A stretch of DNA of 64,000 nt from Klebsormidium nitens. Its lineage: Eukaryota > Plantae > Klebsormidiophyceae. Position 1 is the stretch's first letter. Every line of letters starts with the position of its first letter. Where the stretch lies: positions 1-64,000 of the forward strand of contig DF237091.1 in assembly GCA_000708835.1 (NCBI GenBank), written 5' to 3'. A program made the position numbers and the translations under genes. This document shows positions 23,472-35,179 of this stretch, piece after piece. The notes under the pieces are model-generated. The model was given only the letters and a program-made list of their open reading frames with translations. It did not search any database and was not told where the DNA came from.

Positions 23472-23684
23472 CAGTGTTCGACACGAGCCGTCACACCAGG
23501 CAAACGACGGAATTGCCATCCGGCCGACTCAACCGAAGGGCGTCGGCCGAAAAGCCGACAAAATCGAGATATATTTCGATCAGGGGTTTGGCAGACACAA
23601 GCCGACCGGTTCAGAGGTCCAGCCGACTGACCGGTGAACTGTCGGCTCCCAGCCGACAAAATAAAAACTCCGTGTCGAACGCTG
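23472..23684. mobile_element. 213-bp non-autonomous hAT-type MITE
   Basis: TIRs cagtgttcgacacg / cgtgtcgaacgctg (1 mismatch), exact 8-bp TSD gatcaaac (23464-23471 and 23685-23692), and several internal gccgac/gtcggc subterminal motifs. Confidence 0.88.
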
Positions 23685-23892
23685 GATCAAACATACAAAC
23701 TGTGTATCAGCGGGAGCTCAGGAACCGGCAACACAGCCACGGAACAGTGTCGGTTTCGGCTTCCTACTTCGTGGACAGGGGGTCGGTTGACGTGGATAAC
23801 CCCCTGGTTTATGGGTGACTAGCAAGCGGGGTGACTACGTACGAGCACGCTTGATGTCAAGCAATGTTGAGCCCACAACTGACGCAAGAGGC

Positions 23893-24307
23893 ACAAAACT
23901 CGTGAACTCCTTTCGAAATTTCGGACGCGGACGGTTCCTGTCGCCGGTCATGTCGACAAGGCTTCCGAGCAGTCTATTTTCCGTCCGAACAACCGGGTAG
24001 TCCTAACCACACTTAAAACCTAAGAATGAGTGCTCAGCCGTTAGTGGGAACCCTAATCTAAGAGCAGTCACAGGGAAGGAACGCGACTCTGACAAATCGT
24101 CACAGTAAGTGGCGTGACCCTAACACACCATCAGTGCGTTATGACTCAACCCTAATGTCACAAAGACTGCCCGGTTGTTCTGCCGGGTACCGTACGGGTT
24201 CTAAATGGTTCATACCGTCCGCTGAATCTTATCGCGACGGTACCACTCGAAACACTGGGCAAAGACCGTCCGCGTCCGAAATTTCGAAAGGAGTTCGCAA
24301 GTTTTGT
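23893..24307. mobile_element. About 415-bp inverted-repeat (MITE/foldback-like) element
   Basis: Perfect 32-bp inverted repeat at 23904-23935 / 24265-24296, extendable to about 43 bp with mismatches. The interior has several (a)ccctaa/cctaa motifs. No TSD identified. Confidence 0.65.
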
Positions 24308-24409
24308 ACGTTTTGCACAACCAGTGGGGCCCGGGGTTTGAACTTGAAGGGAGATATTAAGGTTTAACTTTCAAGTGGAGCGACTTTGGTCCGCTCAGGA
24401 CATCTACTA

Positions 24410-24601
24410 CCGTACTGCTACGTAATTTCGGCAAAAAATAAATACTTATGTGCCCTGCCGAATTCCGCTGGAAAATATTTTGGAGCGATAATGGTCGATA
24501 ACGGTATATTTTAGCAGGTAACAATAGGTCTGCCGAAACGATAGAAAGTTTCATAATTAAATTTTCGGCGTCGAAGGTGCCGAAATCAAATAGCAGTACG
24601 G
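24410..24601. mobile_element. 192-bp Tc1/mariner-like MITE just upstream of the F-box gene
   Basis: TIRs ccgtactgcta....atttcggca / tgccgaaat....tagcagtacgg. TA on the left (24408-24409) and (g)TA on the right; internal tgccgaa repeats. Confidence 0.7.
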
Positions 24602-24642
24602 GTAATACATGCCGCATTGGAGCTACCTTAGCGACGCACACA

Positions 24643-26025
24643 ATGGTGAGGGAGTATGCAGGTCTGCAGAGCCCATTCGAGAGGTTATCGGACGATCTCA
24701 TGCTCCGCATTCTTGTTGCTGCTGCCGATGATACTGAGGAATCTGAAGGCTTTGCGAGTTTGGAAAAGCTCTGTCAACTGAGGACGGTTTGTGCACGATT
24801 TGACGCAATCATCCCTGGCGCAGCAAAACTAGTGTGCGCGGAGGTGGACACAAGTCTTGAATGTTACTGGGTTGACATTCTACGATTCCTTCAATTGAGA
24901 CGAGCAGTGAAGTCTCTTCAACTACAGATCAAGGTTCCGCAACTGTTCTTTGAAGCTCTTTCAGGAGCAGCTCCGCATCTTGAATCCCTAGACATCAACA
25001 ACGGATTTCTGCAACTCGAATCTGATATTTTCGAGGACAGAGGTATTGAACTGTTCAAGGCCTTGTCAATGTGCCATCACCTGAGTGCCTTGAAAGTCGG
25101 TTGTGTTGACACCAGGGATGAGGAATCTATTTTCCGCGGACCCCTTGAGAACAGATTTCCGTTACGAGCTTTGAGAACGTTGGAAATAAGCGAGACCAGT
25201 TTAACGGACTCCTTTGCAGCAAGTATCGCACACAAGTGCCCGTGCTTGGAAACCCTAAACTTAGTGGAAGTACAAGACCTTAAGCGTACGGCGATCCGCT
25301 CAAGCACCCTCCAACATCTGTCCAAAAGTAGCTCTTATAGGAGGCCGCACGAGCCTTTGCTAGAAGTAGAAGCGCCTCAATTAAGCACTTTGAAGGCCTT
25401 GAGCGTTGATAAGCTTTTGGTTGATGCCCCGAACCTTGAGAAGCTTGTCCTGGACGGCACGAACGAGTTTGTGAAGAGAAGCCCCTGGAGAGTGACCACA
25501 TTAGATGTGAGCGGGGAACTTTGGACAACTAAACAGCTCCTTGATATGTTCAGCTGGTGTCCTGACGCAAAAGTGGTGCTGATGCGAAACCTCGCGGTGC
25601 TCGCTGACGGGGGAAATGTGGAAAAGGTCGCTTTGTCCTCGCTTCTTCACCCGTTCAAGCAACTCGAGCATTTGGAACTTCCGAGCGCCCTTCCGGAGTT
25701 CCCCTTTGTAGAGCAACATGCCCCCGTCGATCTCAAGCCGTTGGCTACTCTTAGGAACTTAACGGTGGGCTTTAGAGGTGTTGATGAACATGATCTTTGT
25801 GTAGAGTTTGCCAAGGTTGCCCCAAAATTGAAAAGCGTGACCATCAACCTGAAGCACATGTCCAAGGGCGCTGGGAAGGCAGCAGTAGATGCTATGGTCA
25901 AGCGCTCTGTACGGCTCCAAAAGCTATATCCTCATCTTGATCTGAGAGTGGAGTGGCCTGAGCTGAGAATTGTTTATCAAAACTCTCGGAGGAGAAGGAG
26001 GCAGACAAGTGTAGTACTTCATTGA
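24643..26025 (+). CDS. F-box / LRR (RNI-like) protein, intronless, 460 aa
   Basis: N-terminal F-box SPFERLSDDLMLRIL...LCQLRTVCARFDAII, followed by LxxLxL repeats (PHLESLDI, PCLETLNL, PNLEKLVL, PKLKSVTI). The ORF-track GTG start at 24577 lies inside the MITE, so the ATG at 24643 is preferred. Confidence 0.88.
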   Translation: MVREYAGLQSPFERLSDDLMLRILVAAADDTEESEGFASLEKLCQLRTVCARFDAIIPGAAKLVCAEVDTSLECYWVDILRFLQLRRAVKSLQLQIKVPQLFFEALSGAAPHLESLDINNGFLQLESDIFEDRGIELFKALSMCHHLSALKVGCVDTRDEESIFRGPLENRFPLRALRTLEISETSLTDSFAASIAHKCPCLETLNLVEVQDLKRTAIRSSTLQHLSKSSSYRRPHEPLLEVEAPQLSTLKALSVDKLLVDAPNLEKLVLDGTNEFVKRSPWRVTTLDVSGELWTTKQLLDMFSWCPDAKVVLMRNLAVLADGGNVEKVALSSLLHPFKQLEHLELPSALPEFPFVEQHAPVDLKPLATLRNLTVGFRGVDEHDLCVEFAKVAPKLKSVTINLKHMSKGAGKAAVDAMVKRSVRLQKLYPHLDLRVEWPELRIVYQNSRRRRRQTSVVLH

Positions 26026-27165
26026 AGTGACAAGTGAAAGCCGCAAACGGGGGAGATACGTGCAGCCAAATCAGGACCACCAAAGACTTTCTTGTCACGG
26101 CGGGATCATTTCGGTCACCAGCCAAGTTTCTGATCCCTGCGCACATCGTCCATTAGATATGCACTGGGACCATACATGTGTAAACATGTAATTCGTCGCT
26201 TGCCAGAATCTCTTAAATTAGCCACTAATTTAGTTTGTATGTAGAACATGTTGGATCAATCAGCATGCTGAACTTGAAGCTCATTGAATGTACGATTTTA
26301 CATACAACTTACATGGTTCCATCATGCCACATGCACGTGTCTTGGCGTGCAAGTTCGAAAATGGTTCCAAGATATGAGTCACTCGTACAATCATTTCGTG
26401 CTAGCTGGCGGGCCTAGCTTTGTCACGTAGTCGGAATCTATGCATAAAGATCTCGCTCGGAAACAATCATGTGCATGTGAGTCCGGCCTGCTATTAGAAA
26501 AGCCATGGCTGCATGGCGCAGTCTGCTGTCGCACGTACGGTACAAGGCACCAGCTGTCCGTTTATAGGCATAATTAATTGTGCGCTTGATCGAGATCAGA
26601 TCTTTCAAATATTGCAGCGGTATGTTCCGACGATTTAATCCTATCCTAAAGTGTATCATGATACAATGAATAGGGTTCGTCTATTGCAAGAAGACGTACG
26701 GTTAATCCGATCGAGCGGAGCTCTGGCTTCTAAAAGTTGGGAACTTCGGAAGATCGACTGCAATAGTTATCTACAATACATATGCGTTGATGCTGGCACG
26801 TCGCGAGCATGCGCAATGCTTCCGACGCCCCCTCAATAGCACAATGCCAGAACCTGAGCCGCGCTTCAACCAAACTTTGCGAAGCGGGAGATCATGGCAT
26901 GCAAGGAACCGACAAGCTCAAGCTAATTACTGTACTTTGCTTCAATGTGTCAGACCGTCTACTCATTCAGCGAATGCGGATGCCGTTGAAAGACCCCGAG
27001 CAGTATGCAGGTGGCAAGGACCATTGGTCGCTTCAAGACTAGAACTTTAAGCTTCCTGTCACAGAGCTGCTCGTTATTCTTAGATTCAAGTAAGGTAGGT
27101 CTTTTATGCAAGGCAATCTATGTTGGTGCTAGTAAATCATGTTGGTGCTTAAGGTACTAATGCTT

Positions 27166-30100
27166 TCATGCGATAGCAGCCGCGAAAGCCGCTGCATTAA
27201 GCCGCTTCCCAGTGATGTGCTCCGACAGCTCGTCCCACGCAAGGCTTTTCCCTGGGGCAAACACCCGGTCCCTAAAAAACCGCCCAATCGCCTTATCGCC
27301 CACATAGATCGCCTCTCCGGGGACAACTTTTTGGACCTCCCGAGCGACCGTATCGTGCACCTGGCTTGCAAAAAGCTCCCCGAGCATGTAATTATGGTAA
27401 TAGCATGGTGCGACTGGAATATGAATCTTACTGGCATAGTCGGGGGCGTCTCTGCCGGAAGGCCTTGTAATCCCCTGGTACTCCTCAACCAAGTCCCACC
27501 ACAGGCTGTTTAGGTTTGCATCGGGGTTGCCGTACAGGGCCTTCTCAAAGCGGAACATGACCTGCGGGGGGAAAGACGATAGAGCTTTTGCTACGAGAGC
27601 GAACGGTGTGATCGAGGAAGAGCGATTTTGAACCCGTCAAGCTTCTGTGGGACGCTTTCTTACCGACTTTCGTTGAGCCTGAAACCGACTTTCGGCATCG
27701 ATGCGAGGCCCCAAAGAAACGTGTACACTCGTTGCAGTTCTGGCATACTGATTCACGGCGATTGCAGAAGGGGCTGACTTTTAACAATCCGCAACGCCTA
27801 TTCATCTGAATGTGGTCGGAAACACTGTGCTGGATCTGAGAAAAAGGTACAGTGAGCACCATAGCTTCGCCAAAGCTCCGGTAGGAAAGCCCTGGCAGAC
27901 TTTTGGCAGACGTGAGCGAGCAGACTTAGCATTTGTGTACGTCAACCCTTCACAACGAAAGACGTAATAGACGCCGCACCTGGTACCACCGCGAGAAGAT
28001 GAGGAGGTGCGCGCGCGTCGCCCGAGTTTGCGCCGCGTCAAACTCCTTCTCCCCCGCCACCTCCACCCCCATCGCTTTCAGCCACGCCGCCTTCCGCCCA
28101 AACTTCTCAAACAGCATCGCGACGCCTTCGGTCGTCAGCGTATGCGATTCCACCCGTAAGAAAAACGGCAGCCCGGGGGGCATGTTCCGACTGCTGTACA
28201 CGGAGTGGCCCAGCTCGTGCAGCATGGTGTTGGTCCAGTACTCGCCCGGTTGGACGTTCCCGAGCACTCGGACGTCGCCGGACCGGTCGATGTCCGTGCA
28301 GAAGGCGTGGGGGGACCTGCGGGCGGGTTAGCGGCTGAGTTAGGGGCTGACTTCGTGGTTCGGTCAATCGCTAGACGGTGCTTAAGTCTGCGAAGGCTCT
28401 GAGAGGAAGGGTGGCATATTTCAGTCTGGTCGTTATCCGCACGGACGGTTTCACAACCAGCCGGGTTAGCGGCTGGTTTATGAACGGGTTGGCGGACAGA
28501 CATTCGAGGGCCGTTTGAAAAAAAGAGTTAAAGTCCAAGTGCAGTGCACGAAGTTCGGGTTCCATTGGCGGGTCAAGTGGCCGGAGCGAGCAATGAATCT
28601 AGGAGCGGGGCAATCCGGCAAGAAAACCGAGCTAGCTTGGTTTGAGTGGAAAGACGTGATCCGTCGAGCGACCGAGTCAGCAAGCCAAAGTTCGCAATCG
28701 GCCCCTCAGTCAGCTTTAGGAGCGGGCGACAGTCTGTACGAACTTCAGATTGCGGACTTCGACCACTCACTTGCCGGCCCACTCGCTTACAAAATTCGAT
28801 CACGTTGACCAAGACGGACTCTCTCTGTAGACGCGAATCAAGTCGACCTTGGTGTATTGAAGAACTTCGTCGGATGACAACTTGACACGATCCAGACAGA
28901 CGTAATCCCTTTGCAAGAGGCGTCCAATCTTCTGAGCATCTTTCAGGCCTCAGAATGACTCTCGAAGGTCGAGCAGGCAGACTCGCTATCACTGAACGAG
29001 CAGTCCTGCGACTCATTCAATCCAAACGACCTCCTAAGAAAAAACTTTACAAGGAAGGCTGACTTTCTCTGTACACAGCCCTTTCACTTACTTGCCAGGG
29101 CGCTCGTACAGGTCGCTCCGCTCGATGACGTCATCGATGGGCAGCCCGATGGAGGCGTAGAAGCGCGAGCACATTCCCACTATGTCCAGGCGTGAATAGG
29201 GCCCGGCGGTGTCCCCGCCAAAGACGGCGGGCACTTCTTGGAAGAAGAGGTCGTGGTAGTGCCAGGGTCGGAGGGCTTCGGGGGGGATGCCGTAACTAGA
29301 GGCGAGGGCTTCGTCGATCTCGGCCTTGAGGGAGGCGAAGAGGGGGCGGGTGAGGGCGTCCAGCTCGTTGAAGATTTGGAGGACCTGGGATTCAAACGAC
29401 AAGAGTTAGGCCCGGTTCGTGTTCCTCCACTTTCGCTTGGTCTGCTGTTTTCAGCGTATTGGATTGAGGTGACACTTGCGAGACCAGCGGCGACGCGTGT
29501 AATACTAATCCGGAAAAGGGAGCGAACCTAAGCTGCGTTTCACAACTCGCTGTTGTGGGTTGTAATGCGCATGCAAAAACCAAACACGGACAACGTAGAG
29601 CAATCTAGAGACTTAAACCGCCGCTCTTTACTTGCATACGTTTTCAACCCGTTGGAAGCCGCATGAGAACGACGATTCCTAGCTCAAACTGCTCCAAGAA
29701 ACGGGTTCCTGAGGCGCTTTGAAGAGGTGTCTTGTCGAGTGCTGAGATCGAGAGGCAAGGTAAAAGAACACTGGGAAGGAAGCCAAGAAGCATTAGGGCA
29801 GAATCCAGCTGGTCGAAGAACCTCAGGAGTAGATGAACGGAAATGGCAACTCTGTCAGGATCTGGATATGGATTCAAAAATACTGCTAACATTTTTTGAG
29901 GCAGGTTTAGAAAAACAGTAGCATGGTTTTCAAGAGCCCGACAGGATTGAGAACTCGCCGAGAGAAGCGAGCAGGAAATTAGGGTCCGCAGTCAAGAGTG
30001 ATTCATTACAGGAGAGGTGAAATACCAAACTTAAGGAAAACTTCCATAAAATTTCCCTTTCTAGGGTCGAGTACGAGATTGGGCTAGGAAGTGGGAACTA

Positions 30101-31499
30101 AGAGCTGTTGGGTTAAGGAGGCAGTTGAACCGTCGGTCAAGAGGCAGCAAGGGAAGTACACCGTTGAAGGAGAGCTGGTAGCTCGTAGTAAAAGTGTCAA
30201 GGAAGGAACTGCCAGAGCGTATTGCCAGGGCGACTAACTCACCAAGGGTTTCAAAGACCGTCAAGGGGATCAGAAGCGAAGTCACAATTGCAGTCTAGCC
30301 AGATTTAGATGATAGCATTTGGAATAAAAGACGGATTACAAACTTTGATGTTTGAAGGCCCCTGAAAGAATCCACACCTGCAATTATGCTGGGCAGTCAA
30401 TTGATTTGACTGCCACGCTTTTGAGTTGGACATCAGACTTCACCAAAGGGCATCTCACTTTGATCAGCGTACACATCTTTAACTTTTGCCGCCCCAAAGA
30501 GATGAGTAGGGATAGATTGATGCTTGATGAGAAGCCTTCTACAAGCTATTATTGGCTTCGCTGCCAAGAGCCCCACCAAGCCCTCTTCTCATCCAATCAG
30601 AGCAGTAGAGACTCTCATGTCAAGGCAACGGCATCAGCTCTTAGGAACAGTCCTGACTGCCAAGAGCAAGAGTAACCGTGAGTCCCCGGAAGTCCTTCAA
30701 GCAGTGTGACTCCAGAGACTCAATGTTCAAAGATGCATCATAAGTTCGAATTGAGAGACCTCTTCGTCTGTATTCAACTTACGAGTCTATACAACATAAG
30801 TCCCCTGCTTTGGCCAAACACCGACCGTCAGCTGCAGCTCTATGACCGCCGCTTGAACCATGCCATGCACAGGTCTCAAAGACGAAGTTGCTAATTTTTT
30901 TTGAATATCACCCTCACCTGCTCTTGGCTCTGCTCGCCAACACTGAGCTGCATCGCATGGTAGTCCGCAAACCCCAGGCCCTTCGCCGCTTTGTTCCTCA
31001 ACTTCACTAGCTCCAGCAGCTCCTTTTCCACCACCTTCCCCACCCCCTTGCTGGCTTCCCATGCCTCCTTTCTGAGCGCCTCATCCTTTGACTCCCTCAA
31101 TAAATCCCTCACTGCATTCTCTGTCACTTCCCTACCCCCCACAACCGGCCGGAACGTGTTGAACGCCTTCTCCACTCGGTTGCTGAGGTCGTTCAGCCGC
31201 TTCAGCGTCTCCCCATCCACCTGCTTCTCCAGATGCATCAAGTACAAAACCTCCACCTGTCTCCTCTCAAGTGGTGTGCCTTTTCCCAGAGCTTCTTTCA
31301 CTTCTTTCAGATCCCCAAACCGCTGTTTGTTACTGAGAGCGAAATCCAGGGCGTTCTGTGCTTGCTCCTTGGCCGCAAAGTCACTATCCTGCCCGCTCGT
31401 GCTGGCGTCCCACCAGGCGCGTGACGCTTGGATAATGAGGGGCTTCAGCTCTTGCTCAAGCGTGGTCAGGAGAATGCTGACCTGGCGCGCTCCGGCCAT
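27166..31499 (-). CDS. Bacterial-type M2/M3-family zinc metallopeptidase (peptidyl-dipeptidase A-like), 535 aa, 3 introns
   Basis: Exons 31499-30918, 29384-29092, 28316-27980, 27561-27166 (1608 nt). Contains HEXXH (MLHELGH), TTEGVAM, RPWHYHDLFFQE, SPHAFCTDIDR and PDYASKIH....YYHNYMLGELFASQ. Confidence 0.92.
27562..27979 (-). pseudogene. Intron consisting largely of a decayed copy of peptidase exon 4
   Basis: YVFRCEGLTYTN (27966-27931) vs VMFRFEKALYGN; ALAKLWCSL vs NLNSLWWDL; VSGSTKVGKKASHR (27685-27644) vs VPGEAIYVGDKAIGR. The intron is 418 nt and the exon 396 nt. Confidence 0.75.
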
Positions 31500-32076
31500 C
31501 GTGGGGCTCTGCAGGGTGCTGGCCTTATGAACCAGTTGTTTTGCAACTTGTTGATGAGAAGTACCGAAAGTGGTGAGGTGGTGTGCCGTTTTATTCTCTT
31601 CTGTTTGAAGAGGCCGTTCACACCACCTCTCCTAGCCAACCTCAATTTGCGATGAATCAGCTTTCAACTGTGCTAAGCAGCTAGACTTTGGTCTCATGCA
31701 ATGAACGACCAACATGCTCAGCCATGAAAGAAAATTCGCCCAGCCAATGCTGAGAATCAAAGACGAGAGTCAGAAAACCAGTGCCTGAGCCTGAGGCTGA
31801 AGGAAAGTGACTAGCTTCAAAAGTAGAGTCTTCAGGAGCAGATCAGAGCTCAGAACTTCAGAAGTCGTAAATTGTGTATACACAGTGCGGCAATACCTAA
31901 TCTGAATTGAAGAAAGGCCGCATCTCTGCTGATGTCAATTTGAATAACACCTCCCTCTAGTCTTAGAATGCTGAGTTCTGCAATGAAACACATGTCCCTG
32001 AGCTGAATCCTGAGGAGGCAGGTCAGCTGCAATTGGACACGAAGATTCGCAATAGACCTGCTAGCAAGTACACCCG

Positions 32077-35000
32077 ATGGAGGAGGGGGATGGGGACGCA
32101 GGAGCTGGGCGCAGGAGCTCTCTCAGGAAGCGTCATGTGGCACCCAAGCTGGCTGTTGTTGATGAAAGCACTCGACGGCAGGTGCGTGGATGATGTTTCT
32201 CCTTCTTCAAGTCGAGGGCAACCGACCGAGCGCTGCGGTGAATGAGGATGTAGGAATGAGCTTGCGCAAGAAACTTTTTGCAGCTTCAGCTTGTGCTGGC
32301 TTGGCTGTGCTATTGAGGGCCTGAACCTGCCCCAATTGGTGGTACAGCAGGTTCTTGCGATTACAAAGCTGCCATGACGCAAAATTCGATTGGTGCAGCG
32401 TGTATGCGAACAAGGAACTTTCCCTGGAAATTTCAGACTTGTCTTTTGCAAAGCTCATAAGTAGCATCAGATCTATGTTTGCATTAGCCTGACTGGATCG
32501 TATAGCAGGGCGTCTGTAACCAAGGAATCTCAATCTGAGGATAATCCTATCATCAGTGTTCCCTGGATGTAACCAAGGTTGATGACCGCGTGCGCTGCCT
32601 GCATACTCACCCCTGAGATCATGTCTCCTCAATTGAGCGTGATGGACATTCCTCTTTCTGTACTTTCTTTCTTCTCATCGCTCATGCCACCTAGAATTCT
32701 GCTGTGGAGAACCCGCTTCTCCATCCCCCTTGTCTCTTCTGCTCGTTGAGTGGGTTTGTCAATGCCCGCTGCAGGCTGCGGCGGCACGCCTAGATGCTCT
32801 GGAAAATGACAATGCAATGGCCCCAGATGCCATTGAGGTGCGGGACGATGATGAGGCCTTCAACATCGATGAAGAGATGGAGGAAGGTGAGAAGCCATTG
32901 TTTGGCTTGATAAAACAGTCAGATTCCGATACTTCCCACAAAAGGCTTTTTCAGGCACTTTGACACATGATAATCAGGGTCTTTTCGACCATGCCGCATG
33001 ACTAGCCTGTATCTTGATGTTGGCGGTGTCACTCAGCAGCAATGAGGGGCCTTGTTGGTGCTCTGGGACGTTGGGTCCCTATGGAGTTGTCCTCCACGGT
33101 TTTGCAATTGCCTGGTAGGCAAGGATTCTCGTATCAAAACTGATTCTTTAGTGATTGATGGTCCTGGCAAGGGAACCAGATTTGATGAGAGGTTGCTTTG
33201 GTCTTCTGGCGATTTTGCAATATCCGATCGGACCACCTCTTATTGTCAATCTGCGTCGTGGTTCCCAATCAAAGCTTTCCTTCTGGTGAATGGAAACCAG
33301 AGTTCTTGTCTCCAAATTGAAAGAAAAGTGATTTTGTTATTGTGACAGGCCTTTGCACTTCTCATCACGAATTTATTATGCGTTCCCTTCCCCAACGCTG
33401 TTCCAAACCCCCTGGATGTTTCCTTGCAAGAATGTTGGTGTCTTTCTGAGGTCCAGATTTTTGGCTGGTCCGAAAGCTGGACAGAAAGTGAAGCAAAGGC
33501 ATAGCTTTTCTAGAAATTGGGAAAGCATATGGGTTTCGAGCATCGGGGAAACCCCCAACCATCACATCCGCCACCATGTTGTCCTTTTCAAATCCTTTGA
33601 AAGTGGTCTACAGACAGAAAAAGGTGGACGCTTGCCATTGGCTCTTGTCATATCGTAGACCATCCTACGAGAGGATTCGATCCAGATTTTGTGTCCTCAA
33701 ATGAAGAGCCGCAGAGATTTTGGATAGCCCCTCGCAGCTCTTTGTAATCCTGGCTTACTTTACAGTACTTTCCAGTGACCCGTCCGTTCAAAGTTCTTAG
33801 CGTATTTTTTTAAATGACGATACCTTCACAAAAGGAAGAGGCGGCTCCATTGAATTTTTCCCTCAGAAAAGTATGGAACATTCCCACAGGATCTGGTCTT
33901 CGTTTTGTCAGAGAGCTTAAAATCTCTACAAATCTGCCCTGCCATTCCGACAGAGTAGGTATCCCTTTTCTTTGGCATCGACACAAACAGTCGCTTAGCA
34001 ACACGCAATCTGTTTGCCACCTTCATTTACCTTCACTAGACGGAGATGACGTCACTTACTCTGTGCCACGTGTCTCAGCTTGCATTCACTCATTCCCGCA
34101 CAGTTTATGGAGACAAGCCTAGGTCCCGGAACAAGCGGAGGACGCGGCAGCGAGCCACGGAAGAGAAGCAGATGGCGGTCAAGAAGGGGCCTAAGACGTT
34201 CGAGGAGCTCTTGCAAGAGGTGAAGAACATCCAACCAACAACTTTCCAAAAGATGCATGATATCACGCCAGGCAGCATCCTTCCATCGGTAGTCCAATCT
34301 CTATCAAGTCTGCGTACTGCTTGGCTTGGTCCCTCTGTTCGAGGAGGTTGCATGATTTGCTGACCGCCCAACTAACACGAATGGGAATTGGCTCCTTTGA
34401 TTTCAAACTTCCGTCTCAAAAAGACTGCTTACTCTAATCTTTTCGCCAGTAAAGTCGAACGCGTGTCACATAAACGCACGCTTAGCACGATCAGACGAGG
34501 ATACTGGATCCGGATTGTCATTTAATGTTTAGTCGGGCGTTCAACCTTGCGACCCTGCTTTGTTCCTGATGGTGGTTGAAGAGGCGAAACGAGACAAGCA
34601 TCTGTAAACTTCTTCAAATAAAACACCTCAATTCCTTTCTCGCTGCTATTCTTGTGCGAACGCGGCCGTTGTGACGAAGTCCTCGTCGTAAAGCGACCTC
34701 ATCTGTCATTGGTACTAAGCGAATGGCCACTTTCAGATCGAACGTATTCACAACCAGCTGTTTGTCTCCAAGATCTGGAAGGGCGGCTCATCTCATTGAC
34801 AAATTGAAGCAGATAGCCGCACCCTTTGTACATTGCCTCCTTCAGATTGCAAGGGTCCACAGGCCGACTTGCCCATGCACTCGTACAGGAAGCCCCTTCC
34901 CGCGAACATCAACTTGCTACTTTAACAAGTTACTTACAGCCACATGCCAAAATGTCACACGTCAAACCTTTGCAGGCGAATCTCGAGTCGTTGCCAGCCC

Positions 35001-35179
35001 ACGTGCCTTCTTACCTGACAGCAGGAGTAGGTCCTCCTAGAACAGCTTCTCGAAGACACTTTTGTCAAGTATGTGGCTTTATTGCTCCATACACGTGCAC
35101 TAGGTGTGGGACCAGGTTCTGCTCCCCAAAATGCCAAGGCGTTCACAATGATACACGTTGCTTAAAGTTCGTTATTTAG
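32077..35179 (+). CDS. SWC6: SWR1 complex subunit 6 (SEF/ZNHIT1), HIT zinc finger, 178 aa
   Basis: Exons 32077-32181, 32775-32886, 34104-34219, 34976-35179. Peptides AAAARLDALENDN, RRTRQ..KGPKTFEELLQE|ANLESLPAHVPSYLTAGVGPP..RRHFCQVCGFIAPYTCTRCGTRFCS..C..VHNDTRCLKF. Confidence 0.95.

Noticed and set aside
24577-24642. GTG start extending the F-box ORF
   Set aside because: It lies inside the MITE TIR and uses a non-ATG start; the ATG at 24643 places the F-box at the N-terminus as expected.
26400-27050. Broken protein-like ORFs (LDRDQIFQILQRY.., DKLKLITVLCF..)
   Set aside because: No family recognised; recorded only as part of the decayed islands.
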